Positions 11,712 to 24,383 are shown, numbered from the stretch's first letter. The stretch is 62,569 nucleotides of DNA from Seison nebaliae (GCA_023231475.1 JALJEE010000946.1:1-62569); one strand, 5' to 3'. Made by a program: numbers and translations. The notes: generated by a model not told the origin, from the sequence alone.

Positions 11712-12296
11712 GTGGGTGGTTCAAGCGGAATTCACTCGACTGTTCCCCTTGTAAAATATTTTTCGGAGCGGAATTCACCCAAAAAGATGCTTTCGGAGAG
11801 GAATTCACCCAAAAGTAGTTTTTTGGAGAGGAATTCACCCAAATTTGAGGATTTCGGAGAGGATTTCACTCTATTTTTAGTTTTTCGGAGAGGATTTCAC
11901 CTTTTAATTTTACTTTTCTTTCGAAGCTATTTCGGTTTTAGCAGTATTTATAAAGTCACAACAATGCTCAAATGAGCGCTTGACATTGTCAACCAATTAT
12001 CAAATATTTTAACAGAATGATAGCCTTAATATGCCAATACAAGAGGATAAAAAATACTTTAAGAATATATGCTATTTTATGATGTTACATATGGTTTTAG
12101 AGTGAATTCCTCTCCGAAATCTAATAAAGTGGGTGAATTCCTCTCCGATATCGATCTAAATAGTGAATTCCTCTGCGAAATGGACTTCTCACTATTTTGA
12201 GAGTGAATTCCTCTCCGAAATTTTGGGTGAATTCCTCTCCGAAAACAAATAAGAGGGTGAATCAAAACACAGGGTAATTACCACTCCGCGACCCAC
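11712..12296. mobile_element. Foldback-type non-autonomous element with internally repetitive inverted arms
   Basis: About six copies of TTTCGGAGAGGAATTCACCC at ~30-bp spacing (11723-11901), a ~190-bp unique middle, then about six reverse-complement copies GGGTGAATTCCTCTCCGAAA (12097-12290). Ends are GTGGGT...ACCCAC. Confidence 0.8.
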
Positions 12297-12808
12297 TTAT
12301 ATGGTAACTATATGAGAGTATAGTTACCTTATATAGTATGTAACTGAAATCTTTAAAAGTTTTTTTTCGAGAAAAACTTTATAAGAATTTTTTATGAATC
12401 ACAATTGAAACTGAAAGAGAAAATTGAGAAAATTGAGAAAATTGTTCAACACAATTTCCAAAAATGAATCTGACATGCCAATGTCGGTAATTGTCCTGAT
12501 TATTATATATTGAAATAATATTATGATTACTAGTTCGAAGTATTACTAATGGAAAAATGAAATGGAAACGGTGGTGATATGAGATTGGAAGTAATTTGGA
12601 GACGTGCCCTAGAGAGACTTATGGGCCGAGAATTTTAAATTGGACAAGTGACGAACGAGAAGTGAAGGATGATGGAAGAAGATGTTGGGGTAGAGTTGTT
12701 GGCAGATTTGCCACGAAAACGACAAATCATTTTGGATAATATAATAAATAGGAAAGTAGAAAATTGAGTAGAGTTTTTAATTTCTTTTATTTTTATTTCG
12801 AAAAGAAA

Positions 12809-13951
12809 ATGTTCGGCAAATTTTGGTGTTTTCTCCTTATCATACTCATCTCCTCAATTCCATTCAGTCGATGCAGTTTAGTTTTCAATCCGACTTTCAT
12901 TCACTCCAAATCTCCCTTCACATCTAGATTCGATGAACGATGACATAATCAATGACATGGATAATCAGAATGAGAAAAACGATAATGATGGAGAGGTGCA
13001 GGACGAAATGGAAGAAACGGATCATGAAACGGAACCGATTCCTGACGATTCACCACCAACAGAAGATGTACCAGAAACGGATGAGGCAACGGGAATGAAA
13101 GCTAATGCTGATGTCACCACTTCTCTCCATTATACGAACACGGAGCATAGTAGTTAATTTGATGATATTTTATTCATTTTCATTTTATTCGAAAAGATTT
13201 CGTTGCGGGAGAATCAGTTGAAATGTTAATCGGTTTCCATAACAACGGAAGTAGCACATTCTTATTGAAAAATATTGATGCATCTTTCCATTATCCTACT
13301 CAATATTCCTTCCTCTTATACAACGTCAGTCTTCTTCTTTTTCTTCTCTTATTATCATCTCTTTTCCAGTTTACATCATTCCAAACGAATGTCATTATTC
13401 CTCCAGGACAAGAATCAACCATCGCCTATACCATCATCACGAACCATGACGATGTTGGTCGTCAATACACATTCACAATTCTCTTGGGTTATGAAACGAT
13501 CGAAACAGATGAAGATGTCGATTCTGGTGTGACGAAATATTATCGAAATGTTCTCTTTAACCAAACTATCAATATCGTCGATATCGATGCTCATATGGAC
13601 AAAGAAGCGTTAATAAATTATTTTATTATTTTATTATTTATTTCTTTTTCATAGTTTCTTCATGTATGTTCTCATCGTTACATTTACTATTCTCATTGCA
13701 TTGGTCGCACAACAAATGTTGAACAAATTCGGATATTGTCGAAACTTGTTCGGAGGATCGAAAAGTTTCATAGCGAAAAACGAAAACGTCGATGGTTTAA
13801 TTTCATTAAATTATATTTTGTTTTCCAACATATCCTTCCAGATTACGTTAGTCAATGGAACACTTTGAAAGTTAAACCGAAAAGAAAGAAACCTATCAAC
13901 AACAACAACAATAATAATAACGGATATGATATGTGTGACAAGACGAACTGA
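12809..13951 (+). CDS. SSR1: Translocon-associated protein alpha (TRAP-alpha), 6 exons
   Basis: Signal peptide, acidic N-terminus, then LIGFHNNGS...IDASFHYP...YNFT...PGQESTIAY...GRQY...FNQTINIVD, one TM helix and a basic tail. Five short GT-AG introns restore the frame. Confidence 0.92.
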
Positions 13952-14159
13952 TGGAAGTGAAATGTGATGGAAAGTGACAATTTGTTTTCTTCTTTCGTTT
14001 ATTCTCTCCAATTTCATTGTTATATATCTATCTCTATGTTTTTATCGTCAATTTTAATGAAAAGAAAATGGAAATCTTCCTAAAATTTTTCTCGTTTTCT
14101 ATTTTAAAAAAGAATTTTTTGTTTAAATGAAATTTCGAGTTAGAAGAATTTGACGATTT

Positions 14160-15878
14160 CTATTCAGTGAGAAAATCGATAATCTCTTGAATGGTCTGAT
14201 AGTAGTTGGAATTTGTGTTGAGTTGATTATGTAGTTTTGATGGTTTCATTCGGATAATTATGGAAATTTGTCTCGAACCGTTCGTCTGATAAGATGAGGT
14301 GAGAGTTCTCAATAAATCGAGTGTGGATAAATGTTGGAAGTTGTTAACGGAGGCGGGGATGGATTGATCACAAATCAATTGTTGAGTCAATGACATCATA
14401 AGATTGGTATAAATCTGATTTTTCATTTGTCCATTTCGTTTATCACGATGATTGAGAAGAGAATAAAAAAATCGATAAATTATAAGAAATGTAGGATATT
14501 GATTGATGAGTCTCAAGAAAGAATGATATGTCTTATCATTCAATCTCTTTATATTTTGATTATTTTCTTGATAATTGGAGAAGATGGAACGATTAAATTT
14601 TTGGAGTAAATTATAAGTGAGATAAGGCTCTCGTAATTGTTCGAACCAATGCCAGAACAATCCCACCAACAAATCGTTATTTGTCATCTCTTCAATCTTC
14701 TCCTCTAGAAAAGTGATAGCAGAAAATTTCTCGTTCGTCAATTCATCTTTCTCATCATAAATCTCTTGTTTGATAATTCGTTTCAATTTTATGATACAAT
14801 TGAAATTATGATGTGACGTTGTCTGTTGAGCAAATAATGAGAGAAGTGAATCACATTCACCTTTCCTCAAATTCAGTCCATTGAGTTGATGTTGAAACGA
14901 TTGGAAATCGTCAACGAGAAATAATTGTCGAATTATCTTTTTGGATTTATGATTAAGATCGTTCGAATTTATTATCGATTTTAATAATTTCTTAATAATA
15001 AAATAAATAATATCTGGAATTGATGTCAATTCTGAACGAGATTGCTCTCCCAATAATCTCATTGATTGAAATTGGAGATATTGGGAAATGTTGAAGGAAG
15101 TGGAGGAAGTGAACGACGTGACCGGAATTAATAAAGGAAAAATGATGAAAGCATTTTGAATATAACGACTGAATGAAATGACTGAATCGATTTGACATTG
15201 ACTTTGGATAGTATTCGGTCGCTTCTTCCGAACCAATTCAACAGCAGCTCGAGCTGATAATCTGTATCGATAAATGAGATATACAGCAATGATCATTCCT
15301 GTCCGTCCACGTCCCGCATGACAATGAATTAGAATACGTTCTTTATAATTGAGAATACGATCACAAATCAATTTACAAATTGTGAGTAATCGTTTGTCGT
15401 TGGTCGTACCGAAATCCTTTATAGGATAATTATACATTTTACAATCCAATTCATCAGGTGTGTAAGTAAATCCTGTCGTCTTGAGAATGAATCCACAGAA
15501 CGCGTGTTCATTCGTCTCTTGTAAATTAATTATAGTTTTAATTTTGTGATGTTGGAATTTGGACTTAAGTTTATGTCGTTCAATTTCAGCGGAAGCTGGT
15601 CGAGATGACGCTATGATGTCGTCAGTTATCCAATTGGAATAAAGTCCTTTAATCTCCTGTTCTTTCTCCACATTCCAATTGTCACTTCTTTCATATTTGC
15701 ATTTGGTTGGAGAGCGACAACCCATTTTGCAAATCGTTTCACTCGATAACAATTTCCGACTGTTTTCAGTGAGTGCAGAATAAATTGGATATATGTCATC
15801 ATTCTTCTCCAAATTCTTCATAGACCGATTACTATAATTTCCATTACTATCGATATTAAGATTCCGATTTTTTATCAT
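14160..15878 (-). CDS. PTPDC1: Protein tyrosine phosphatase domain-containing protein 1
   Basis: CKYE..W...IKGLYSNWITDDIIASSRP, IINLQ...EH..CG, and active site IHCHAGRGRTG. First ATG at 15878. Intronless. Confidence 0.9.
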   Translation of the reverse strand: MIKNRNLNIDSNGNYSNRSMKNLEKNDDIYPIYSALTENSRKLLSSETICKMGCRSPTKCKYERSDNWNVEKEQEIKGLYSNWITDDIIASSRPASAEIERHKLKSKFQHHKIKTIINLQETNEHAFCGFILKTTGFTYTPDELDCKMYNYPIKDFGTTNDKRLLTICKLICDRILNYKERILIHCHAGRGRTGMIIAVYLIYRYRLSARAAVELVRKKRPNTIQSQCQIDSVISFSRYIQNAFIIFPLLIPVTSFTSSTSFNISQYLQFQSMRLLGEQSRSELTSIPDIIYFIIKKLLKSIINSNDLNHKSKKIIRQLFLVDDFQSFQHQLNGLNLRKGECDSLLSLFAQQTTSHHNFNCIIKLKRIIKQEIYDEKDELTNEKFSAITFLEEKIEEMTNNDLLVGLFWHWFEQLREPYLTYNLLQKFNRSIFSNYQENNQNIKRLNDKTYHSFLRLINQYPTFLIIYRFFYSLLNHRDKRNGQMKNQIYTNLMMSLTQQLICDQSIPASVNNFQHLSTLDLLRTLTSSYQTNGSRQISIIIRMKPSKLHNQLNTNSNYYQTIQEIIDFLTE

Positions 15879-16090
15879 CGTTTCAATTCTCACTTTTTAG
15901 TTTTCTCATTTATGAACTTCATGTGTTTTCTCGTCGTTCGAATTGTAACTGAAAGAGAATGAAGGAACACCTGAATTAATTGAGGAGGTAAATGAAAGAG
16001 GACATTTCTATTTATCCCGTTTCCATCTTCATCCGATAATGAAAAGTGCAAATAAAGAAATTAGACTTCAATAACTAATACTTGTTTACC

Positions 16091-16104
16091 GTCACCATGA
16101 CAAC
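16091..16104. promoter_or_regulatory. X-box (RFX site) candidate
   Basis: GTCACCATGACAAC fits GTNRCCATRGNAAC-type X-box consensus with one mismatch. It lies ~210 bp upstream of the cilia-associated gene PTPDC1. Confidence 0.6.
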
Positions 16105-16246
16105 GAGATGAATAAAATAAAAAAAAGAGAAATTTAATTTCTCCTTAAAATAACATTCAAATTTTTAGCTTTTTACTTGTCGCACTGAAATCTTGTGCCA
16201 ACGTGTAACGAATCGGCAGTCAAAATTCAATCAACTTTCGAGAAGG

Positions 16247-16923
16247 ATGATGTATTCACATTTATCGATCCTCATCTTTCTACTCTATTGTATCAATCAG
16301 AATGAGAGTTTCTTCGTTACATTGGATGCGAACGGAGAGGAATGTTTCTTCGAACGAGTTGAACAAAATGTTAAATTATCCCTCAATTTCGAGGTTGTGG
16401 AAGGTGGTTTCCTCGACATCGATGTCAAAATAACTGGACCGGAGAAAAATGTGGTTTATGAAGGACAACGAGAGCCAAGTGGTCGTTACATGTTCACTTC
16501 GAAGACGAGCGGAGTTCACAATTTCTGCTTCTCCAACAAAATGAGTACAATGACTCCAAAAATCGTCATGTTCGATATTAGTGTGGGTGACGGTTTGATC
16601 GAATCGAAAAAAGGTTTTTCTCTTTTTCCTTCATTTTTATTTCATTCTTTTTTTCAGCTCTCGAAGGTGAAAATCCGGGAAATATAACCGATCATCAAGA
16701 GAAATTAATATCGATGGTGGCTGATCTCTCCAATCAAATGAGAACAGTGAAACATGAAAACGAATATATGGAAATTCGAGAGCGTCTTCATCGGATGGTG
16801 AACGAGAATACGAATCGACGTGTCGTCCTCTGGTCGGTGTTGGAGGCAATACTTCTCTTTTGTATGGCTATTGGTCAAGTGTATTATTTGAAACGATATT
16901 TCGAGATTCGCCGCGTCGTTTAA
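16247..16923 (+). CDS. TMED2: p24/emp24 family cargo receptor (p24-beta), 2 exons
   Basis: EECFFE...[13 protein letters not shown]...[17 protein letters not shown], then [23 protein letters not shown]...[13 protein letters not shown]. One short intron (GTTTTT..TTTCAG). Confidence 0.95.
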
Positions 16924-17248
16924 AAGACGAAAAAAAAAATAGGAAGAATCATTCCAATTGTTGAAGAGAATTTGATTGTACTTAAAGTTTTTTCGAGATG
17001 TATTTCATCATAAATTTTCTAATATCATTATTTGATTTTTTCTTTCCTCAATCTTCTCCTTCCATCACATAATAATACACGCCTAATTCTTTTGTTTTTC
17101 ATTAATTTATTTCTGCTACACCCGGATAACTTTGAAATTCCCTCATCCTACCCCCCAATGACCTTCTCAATGGAATTTATCATTTATTTAAATTTTACTA
17201 ATCGATTTCGATAGAAGAATAAACGACTTGTTAAAAACACTCTCAAAA

Positions 17249-17920
17249 TCAATGGTAGTGATGATAGGTCGATAATCGACTACACTTCCCACCACTGTTG
17301 CCGAAATAATTATCTGGAATATGCTTCCTCTTCTTGTCATTATGCCGTCGTCGACGATTATAGCGACGTTGTTGATTCTTAAATAATTTCCCTAACAATT
17401 TAATGGAAGGTTTGTGGAGATGCATAAAATTACAAAATCCACCTCTATCACATTGATTCAACTCATATTGACGACAACAAGCTTCCCCGAAATCAGTAAC
17501 TGGCGATAACTCCGCATAAATGACATTTCCATCAAACCAACGTTTATTTAACTCATTCACCGCTGTTAGAGCATCGGATTCATCTCTAAATTTCACATAT
17601 GCATTTCCATTCAAATGCTCTCCCAAATTATTACAGACATTCAATTCGACTATCTCACCATATTTCTTCGAAATCTCTTCGAATAATTCTTGATAAAATT
17701 GATTGAATTCTTTCTGTTGTTGAATGGTCGATTCCTTATGATTAACTTGGATATTATGATTAATGAAAAGATTCTTCATGAGAATGGAAGAGGAGAAAGC
17801 GGGAATATTATGAATACGGGCACATTTCATTCCATGGCGGCATGCTCCGATTTTGAAGAAGAAGGAACAATTGACCTTATCTTTCTCAGTTCCGAAAATA
17901 GCCGCCAAATGTTCTGCCAT
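17249..17920 (-). CDS. U2AF1: U2AF small subunit (U2AF35), divergent and intronless
   Basis: MAEHLAAIFGTEKDKVNCSFFFKIGACRHG (ZnF1), UHM NLGEHLNGNAYVKF...RWF, and AELSPVTDFGEACCRQYE..CDRGGFCNFMHL (ZnF2). Confidence 0.95.
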   Translation of the reverse strand: MAEHLAAIFGTEKDKVNCSFFFKIGACRHGMKCARIHNIPAFSSSILMKNLFINHNIQVNHKESTIQQQKEFNQFYQELFEEISKKYGEIVELNVCNNLGEHLNGNAYVKFRDESDALTAVNELNKRWFDGNVIYAELSPVTDFGEACCRQYELNQCDRGGFCNFMHLHKPSIKLLGKLFKNQQRRYNRRRRHNDKKRKHIPDNYFGNSGGKCSRLSTYHHYH

Positions 17921-18097
17921 CACCAAATAATTAGAAACAAAATGAAAAATTGATTTGTAAAAAAAAATTGGTAAAAAACTATTTAGCGCAAAGAAGAAAA
18001 TATTTTGAGTCATTTTTATTTCTCATCTAATTCAATTCCATCTTTTTCTTTTCATAAATTCATTCAGCAATTCATTATTCGCTTATTCACATTCGTA

Positions 18098-18579
18098 ATG
18101 GCCAACGTTAAAACGAGACGATGTAAATTCCCTTTGAATGAATCACATGTCGCCTTCAGCTATCAGACTGCTCAACCCATATCTGACACATTTCATCATA
18201 TGAATTTTAGAGATGAAAAACATTCCTCCGTCCTCCTCCAACAACGAACACTCATTGAACACAGTCCAGTTCTACAACAAATTCTCGCTGATACGCCCAA
18301 TGGTGATAGTCTCATAAAACGTATGGAAGCCAAAGACGAACATTTGAGTAAGCAAGCATTCACCACTTCCCATCACAGTAATAAAGTGAGGGAAGAGATC
18401 AACAAAAGTTTTATCACTTCATCATTTCAATTAAACAATTTTCTATTTCAGATCTACCCGATTACGAGAAAATGAAGGAGACAACTTTCACCACGACTTA
18501 TCAACACGATTTCATGAATCCCAACGACAAAATTGAGACGTGCGACGAAGTTATGTCGAAAGTATTTGGGAGTTATTAA
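18098..18579 (+). CDS. Small uncharacterised protein with an Mn-like motif (TTTYQHDF), possible axonemal microtubule inner protein, 2 exons
   Basis: ATG at 18098. An intron GTTTTA..TTTCAG (~18408-18451) restores the frame to NLPDYEKMKETTFTTTYQHDFMNP...stop at 18579. T-T-Y-x-x-D-F is the SAXO/MAP6 Mn pattern. Confidence 0.5.
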
Positions 18580-19837
18580 ATCAACTCAATTTCCTCAAAT
18601 TTCTAATCGCAAATTAAGAAGGATAATTCGATTTATCTCCAAATCCTTTTCCTCAATAAACTTACAGAACCCATAAAAATCATCTCGTTTAGAACGAGAT
18701 ATTTTAAACAATTTTTTAATAGACAAATTGAAGTTCATTTTTAAAGAGTTTTAAAGGAAATAAAGATCATTGGATCGAACAAACCATTGATCAAACAGAG
18801 AGTTGTATATGTTTAGTGGTTACTAGTTGTGAGTAATAAGTGCTCGTATGGGAACAAGTTATTGTCTGAAGAATCAAGGAAATAGGTATTGGAAAGAAGT
18901 GTCTTTCAAAAATCGAAGTCCAGCTAGATAATCTAGCTAATGATTGTGGGAGGAGAACTGAGCTGAATGACGAAATTTAACTTAAGTGAATTAATTTATA
19001 CCAAATTGACGCCGGTCAACCTAAGGTAAATATGGATAGAAGAAAGAATGAGAAGTTTCTGTTGGAATTGTCTAAAATTAATAAATAAACAATGTGGAAA
19101 TGATTCATATGACTATATTGTTCGTTGGGAAAATATTGTTACTGAATATCTTCCTGATGAGTAGAGATGAAAGATGAGAGAGAGAAAGAAAGAGAAGAAG
19201 AAGATGGCAGATGGAGAGAGGAGAAGATTGTTTAAATGAATTTGTAGGAGAAGAAAGTTGAAAAGTTGGTGGAATAGAATGAGCAGTTTGTAATTTTTTA
19301 GTACGATCATTCGCTTCTTATTATTCTTATTAATTTATCGTTAGAATAGTTTTTCTTCGCTATCGATCAAAAAACGATTAATGTACGTTTGTGTGTTATT
19401 GTGTGAACATCAGTGAAGATTCCCACAGTATTGGGAGGACGTAAATAGAATGTTCCAATCCTGTCATCTTACCATGAGTAGGAAGAGTGTGATAATTGAT
19501 GGACTTTCACCGTCGTCCATTCCATTCTTTCCGAATGAGCAGTAGGATGATGTAAGGAATGAATTGGGGAAGATGTACGCTGATGTGGATTAAGAGAACA
19601 GAGATGGTGAGTGGTGAATGGGTGGGCAGTGAGTGTGTGTTCGAGTGAAAAATGGAGAAAATAATTTTATTTGAATCTTTAGTTTTTCCAGTGAATTTAA
19701 TTAATTTGTGGAGAAATAAATGAGTGTTCTTTTCCAATTTATAATAGAATGAATTATAATTATTTGGCTGGAACAGAAAATGGAAAAGATGATGAGATGA
19801 GATGTTGAGGAATCATTTGTTTAATAGTTTGGGAGAG

Positions 19838-20416
19838 ATGGACGGCAATTCGGAACACTCGAAATTAGTGACATTCTTCATTCGCATTTTGTTCCCATTG
19901 GCGTTACTCTTCGCTACCACCATTCGCTACAACATCCTCTCCCTCATGTACTTGATTAGTATGCTATTTCTGCCTTTACTCGGAACGATCACCAGTCGAA
20001 GTATGAGAGGATGTCACGGGAAATATCTAATTTTCATGTCGATTTATTCCATCTCCATTCTCGTCCTTCAATCCATCACGCAAGTGTTATGGGAAGTGGT
20101 AGATGTGCCCGATCTCATCACTTGTCGCAATCGAGCTCAATTGTTCAATCTATTTGGAATATATGATTTACGTTATGAAGGAATCAGTGGATTCAATAAA
20201 TTTCGGTTAGTTATTCCCGATATCGCCGTTTTGTTATCGTCGCTCGTCGTCTATTTCTCTTGTCGACATTACTTCCAATATTTGGAGAAAATGAATCCTG
20301 CAATTCGTCGTAATTCACAACATCATCTCCGATATCATTCCATCCATCACAATCATCATGACGACGAAGAAGATGATGACGATGATAGTGACAATGACAA
20401 GAATAACAAGAACAAC

Positions 20417-20462
<46 letters not shown>

Positions 20463-23400
20463 TGATAGTAGTGAGAAATGAGAATGAAGCGATTTTAGAG
20501 GAAGAAGAGATTATAATGAGAAGTGATAACAATGAATTGGAATTGGAGAGTATGTTAATGAATAATAATAATAATAAAGATATTAAATCAAATCGACGAT
20601 CATCAATAATCGATGCGGCTCAATATCGAATCATCTCCGAAACACTACGAATGGCCTTAGGCAAATGGAGTCGATTAACAGTATTAATTCTATTGTGTAT
20701 AAATGCATGCATCTCACCATCACTCATTTCATCTATTTATTTCATCATTTTCATTACCGTTCTAACCGTTCATGTTTCCACCACTTTCTCTTTACCCGTC
20801 GATGATGACGAGACGGTAATGGAGAAAGAGAATGGAAATAATCATGTCGCTCAAAAGAAACGAAGTGGATTCTTTTTTCGATTTAACATCTTCCCACACC
20901 ATTCCAACAGTCGATCGAATGACGATGACGATGGCGATCATGATGATGATGACGACGAAAATGAGATTGATGGCAATTTAGATGATGATCGAAGTTATTT
21001 AACAAAATTCGGTAAGTTCAGTAAAGGTAATCGACAGAAACATTATTATTATTATTTCTTTTATGATATCATCGTTCAAACATTCCTTCTCATCTTTTCT
21101 GCCATTCACATTCTCTCATTCTACATTTATCAATTTCCATTGATTGGTACTCTCGTTTATGATATGGAACCGGAACATCGAACTAATACCTCCACCATTT
21201 TCCAACAAATCTTCATTCCACTTCTCGGTTATCGTCGTCTCATATTTAACACTTGTCTCAATCATTCAATTATTCCATCAAATATCACAACATCTACCAG
21301 TTTCTTCGCCAATCTAACAACAACAACAACAACAACATCGACAATGATTAGTAAATTAATAAATGAGACAATGAATGATATTGTGAATGAAACGGAAATA
21401 TTCAATCGATTTATAGATCATTCTTCATCTATCGATTCTTTAATCAATAGTGATGGTATTATGATGAATCGACAACATTTGTCATTACAAAAAGATTTGA
21501 AATTTTATTGGCCATTCTATTTTCTCTTCTTTTCTCTCATTCTCTTCTATCACATTCTCGCCTACGAATTAGTCGTTGTTCGATGGAAAGAATATTATCC
21601 AAATAGTCGTCTTATCAATCATAATCGCACCAACAACAGTAACAACAATAATAATAAGAATGAAAGTCATTCGAGAAGGAAGAATTTATCACCTGATCAT
21701 CAATTATCTACTGTTAATTCATCTCATCGGAAAATGACATTGAATAAAATGAATCAATCACAAGATTATCCACAAACAATAACAACATCACTCTCACAAT
21801 CCACCGAATCTAGTCATCGTCCAATCGAACAGTTTTATTTTCTATTAATTCAAATTCACATTCAAATTCAAATTAATTTTTCTTTTAATCTCTTTAATCT
21901 TTTTCGAAAATTTAGATTATCAATCGATAAACAATCCAATTCTAATTTGATGATACAATTGAATAAAGTTCGTATTAAATTTCCATTTTTGACGCATTTC
22001 TTTCTGCTGATTCTATTCGTCTTCTCTTGCCATTCCTTCGCCTTTTTCCATGTCCCATTCTTCTTCTTCCTCCCTCTCATCTTCCTTCTTCTTTTTTCGC
22101 TACGAAGTTTTTGTTTTTTTAAGGAAAACTTTTTTTTTCTTTTCATATTCTTTTCAAGAATGGTAAGTTCGTTTCCAAATTATCCAATTCTCTTTCGCAT
22201 GTCAATGAACGAATGAATCAGAAAAGTGAGAATGAAGAAATGGAAAACCGTTCGAATCATCTCGAAGAGTCGGAGCAACTCCTCCCCAAAAAATTCTCGA
22301 ACAATCGTCTCCTTTCCGTCAATCGTCCGTCTCTCAACCAATCAAGAAATTCGACTGACATCGAACAGGTTCCAATCTTCATCCACCATCACTACTCGAC
22401 AAATCGTCTCTTTTATTTTGCTTCTGCTGATAATAATTTCTTTCCATTCTATCCGGAAATTAAACGATTTATTATTATTATTTTCATTTTATTATTATTA
22501 TTTATATTAAATTTATTAAATTTCATATCATAGAATCGAATGGGACAAAAATCGATGAAATTATTTGCCGATAAAATTCTGTTGATGAGACCGCTAATGG
22601 AATTACCATATGCCAAAGATAATAATCATGGTGTTGTCTGGCCGAAACATCGACGTATTATCGAGAAGAGTATTCGTATCAGAAGTGCCGTCGTCACTAC
22701 TTTAGTTCTCGTTACAAGACAATCATATCTCTTAACACTCATCAGTATGATGGCATGGGCTGTCACTTATCATTCCATTCTTACCGGCGTCTTATTAGCT
22801 GCTGCAATTCTCATGTGGTTATTACCAAATTCACGTGTTCATACATTGAGGACGTCGCCTTTCTTTGTCGCTTACGCCTTATGTCTACTCATTATTCAAT
22901 ATATTTATGGATTGGATCTTCCGGAAACCATCCTTCCTGAGAATGTAACGATTCTTGATATTTCATTGACAAAGTTTGGAATTAGTCGATGGGAGAACAT
23001 TTCCCAATATGCTTGTTTCCATCTCTTTCTCAAAATCATTTTTACTCTATTCTTTTGGATGACATTGAGAGAATTCATCAGAGAACGACATCAAACTGAT
23101 TCGAATCGAACTGTAACAAAAGACAACGAATTTATGCAACAAATTGGACGATATTTCTATTTGTTGTTAGCGAAGTATTGGCTCTTTATTTGTAGTACGA
23201 TGTTACTAATCATCAGTATTAAAAAGAATGATATCGTCGCTTATCGAGTCATTTATATGTTACTCTTCTTATTATTCATTATTCTCCTCCAAAGTAGTTA
23301 TATCGTTTGGCGACGAACATTAAAAGGATTTCTTATTCTTGTCATTCTTTATTCCATCATTGTTCTCATTCTGACATATGTCGTCCAATTCGATCTGGGA

Positions 23401-24139
23401 AAAAAATCGTTTTATTTCGTTGAGATTTTGAAAATGTTTGGAATTTATCAAGCGCCGGAAAACCAACAAACCGATTTAGCAATACGTCTTCTCATTCCCA
23501 CTACTTTCCTCATTGTCAACATCATTCAAATCCATTATTTTCATGCTCCATGGGTCGATCTCACTGAACATTACTTCCCTAACAAACAACAACGTGTAGC
23601 GACAAAAATCGAAGATGATCCAATTCATCATGTCAAATATCAAGAATCGAATCAAATGGCATCGATAAATATGAATAATAATGTTGGAGAAGAAACGAGA
23701 TTACCATTCATTCAAAAGATTTCCATGTCAACCACCTCCCGATCATCCACATCGTCAACAAGAACGATATCATCAGGAAAAAAGAATTTTGAATTGAATT
23801 CCAATTCGAATCTCATCACAAAATCATCGAATCATGTCTCTCAATTGATCGAGGCTCGTTTGACACATCGACGTAATGTCAGTTATCCCCAACAACAACA
23901 TTATGTACAACCACAACAACAACAGATAATGAATAAGAATGATGAATTGGAATATATTCCATCAAATGTCAATAATAATATTAATAATAATAATAATAAT
24001 GAATTAAATGATGATGCATCAATATCATCATGTGCTTCCGCCATGGATCTGAGTCGTCGTCGACCGAAAAAGAAACGACGTCCAAATTCTTATCTTCCCA
24101 TTAAATTGAAATCGATTAATGATTTCTATCAACATCGTC

Positions 24140-24173
<34 letters not shown>

Positions 24174-24383
24174 GATATCAGATCAATTGTATTTGAAGAA
24201 AGGAATGAATCAATATACAATTCCATCAACATTCGCTTCCTCCAACTCCATTACGACGATATCAGCCGTTCCTGCTAATTTATCAGTGACGTCAATCGTT
24301 CCAAACACTACCACCACTACCACCACTACAACGATGACGAGAGGTGGTAAATTAGTGGTGAGTGGCATATCTGTCGATACAAC

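Noticed and set aside
11723..12290. CRISPR array (repeat-spacer pattern)
   Set aside because: Spacers are only ~10 bp, orientation inverts midway, no cas genes are present and the context is a eukaryotic genome. A foldback transposon explains it better.
21832..22216. Hydrophobic Phe-rich C-terminus of ORF 19802..22216 as extra TM helices or a separate gene
   Set aside because: It is read-through into T-rich intron sequence. Piezo homology resumes downstream.
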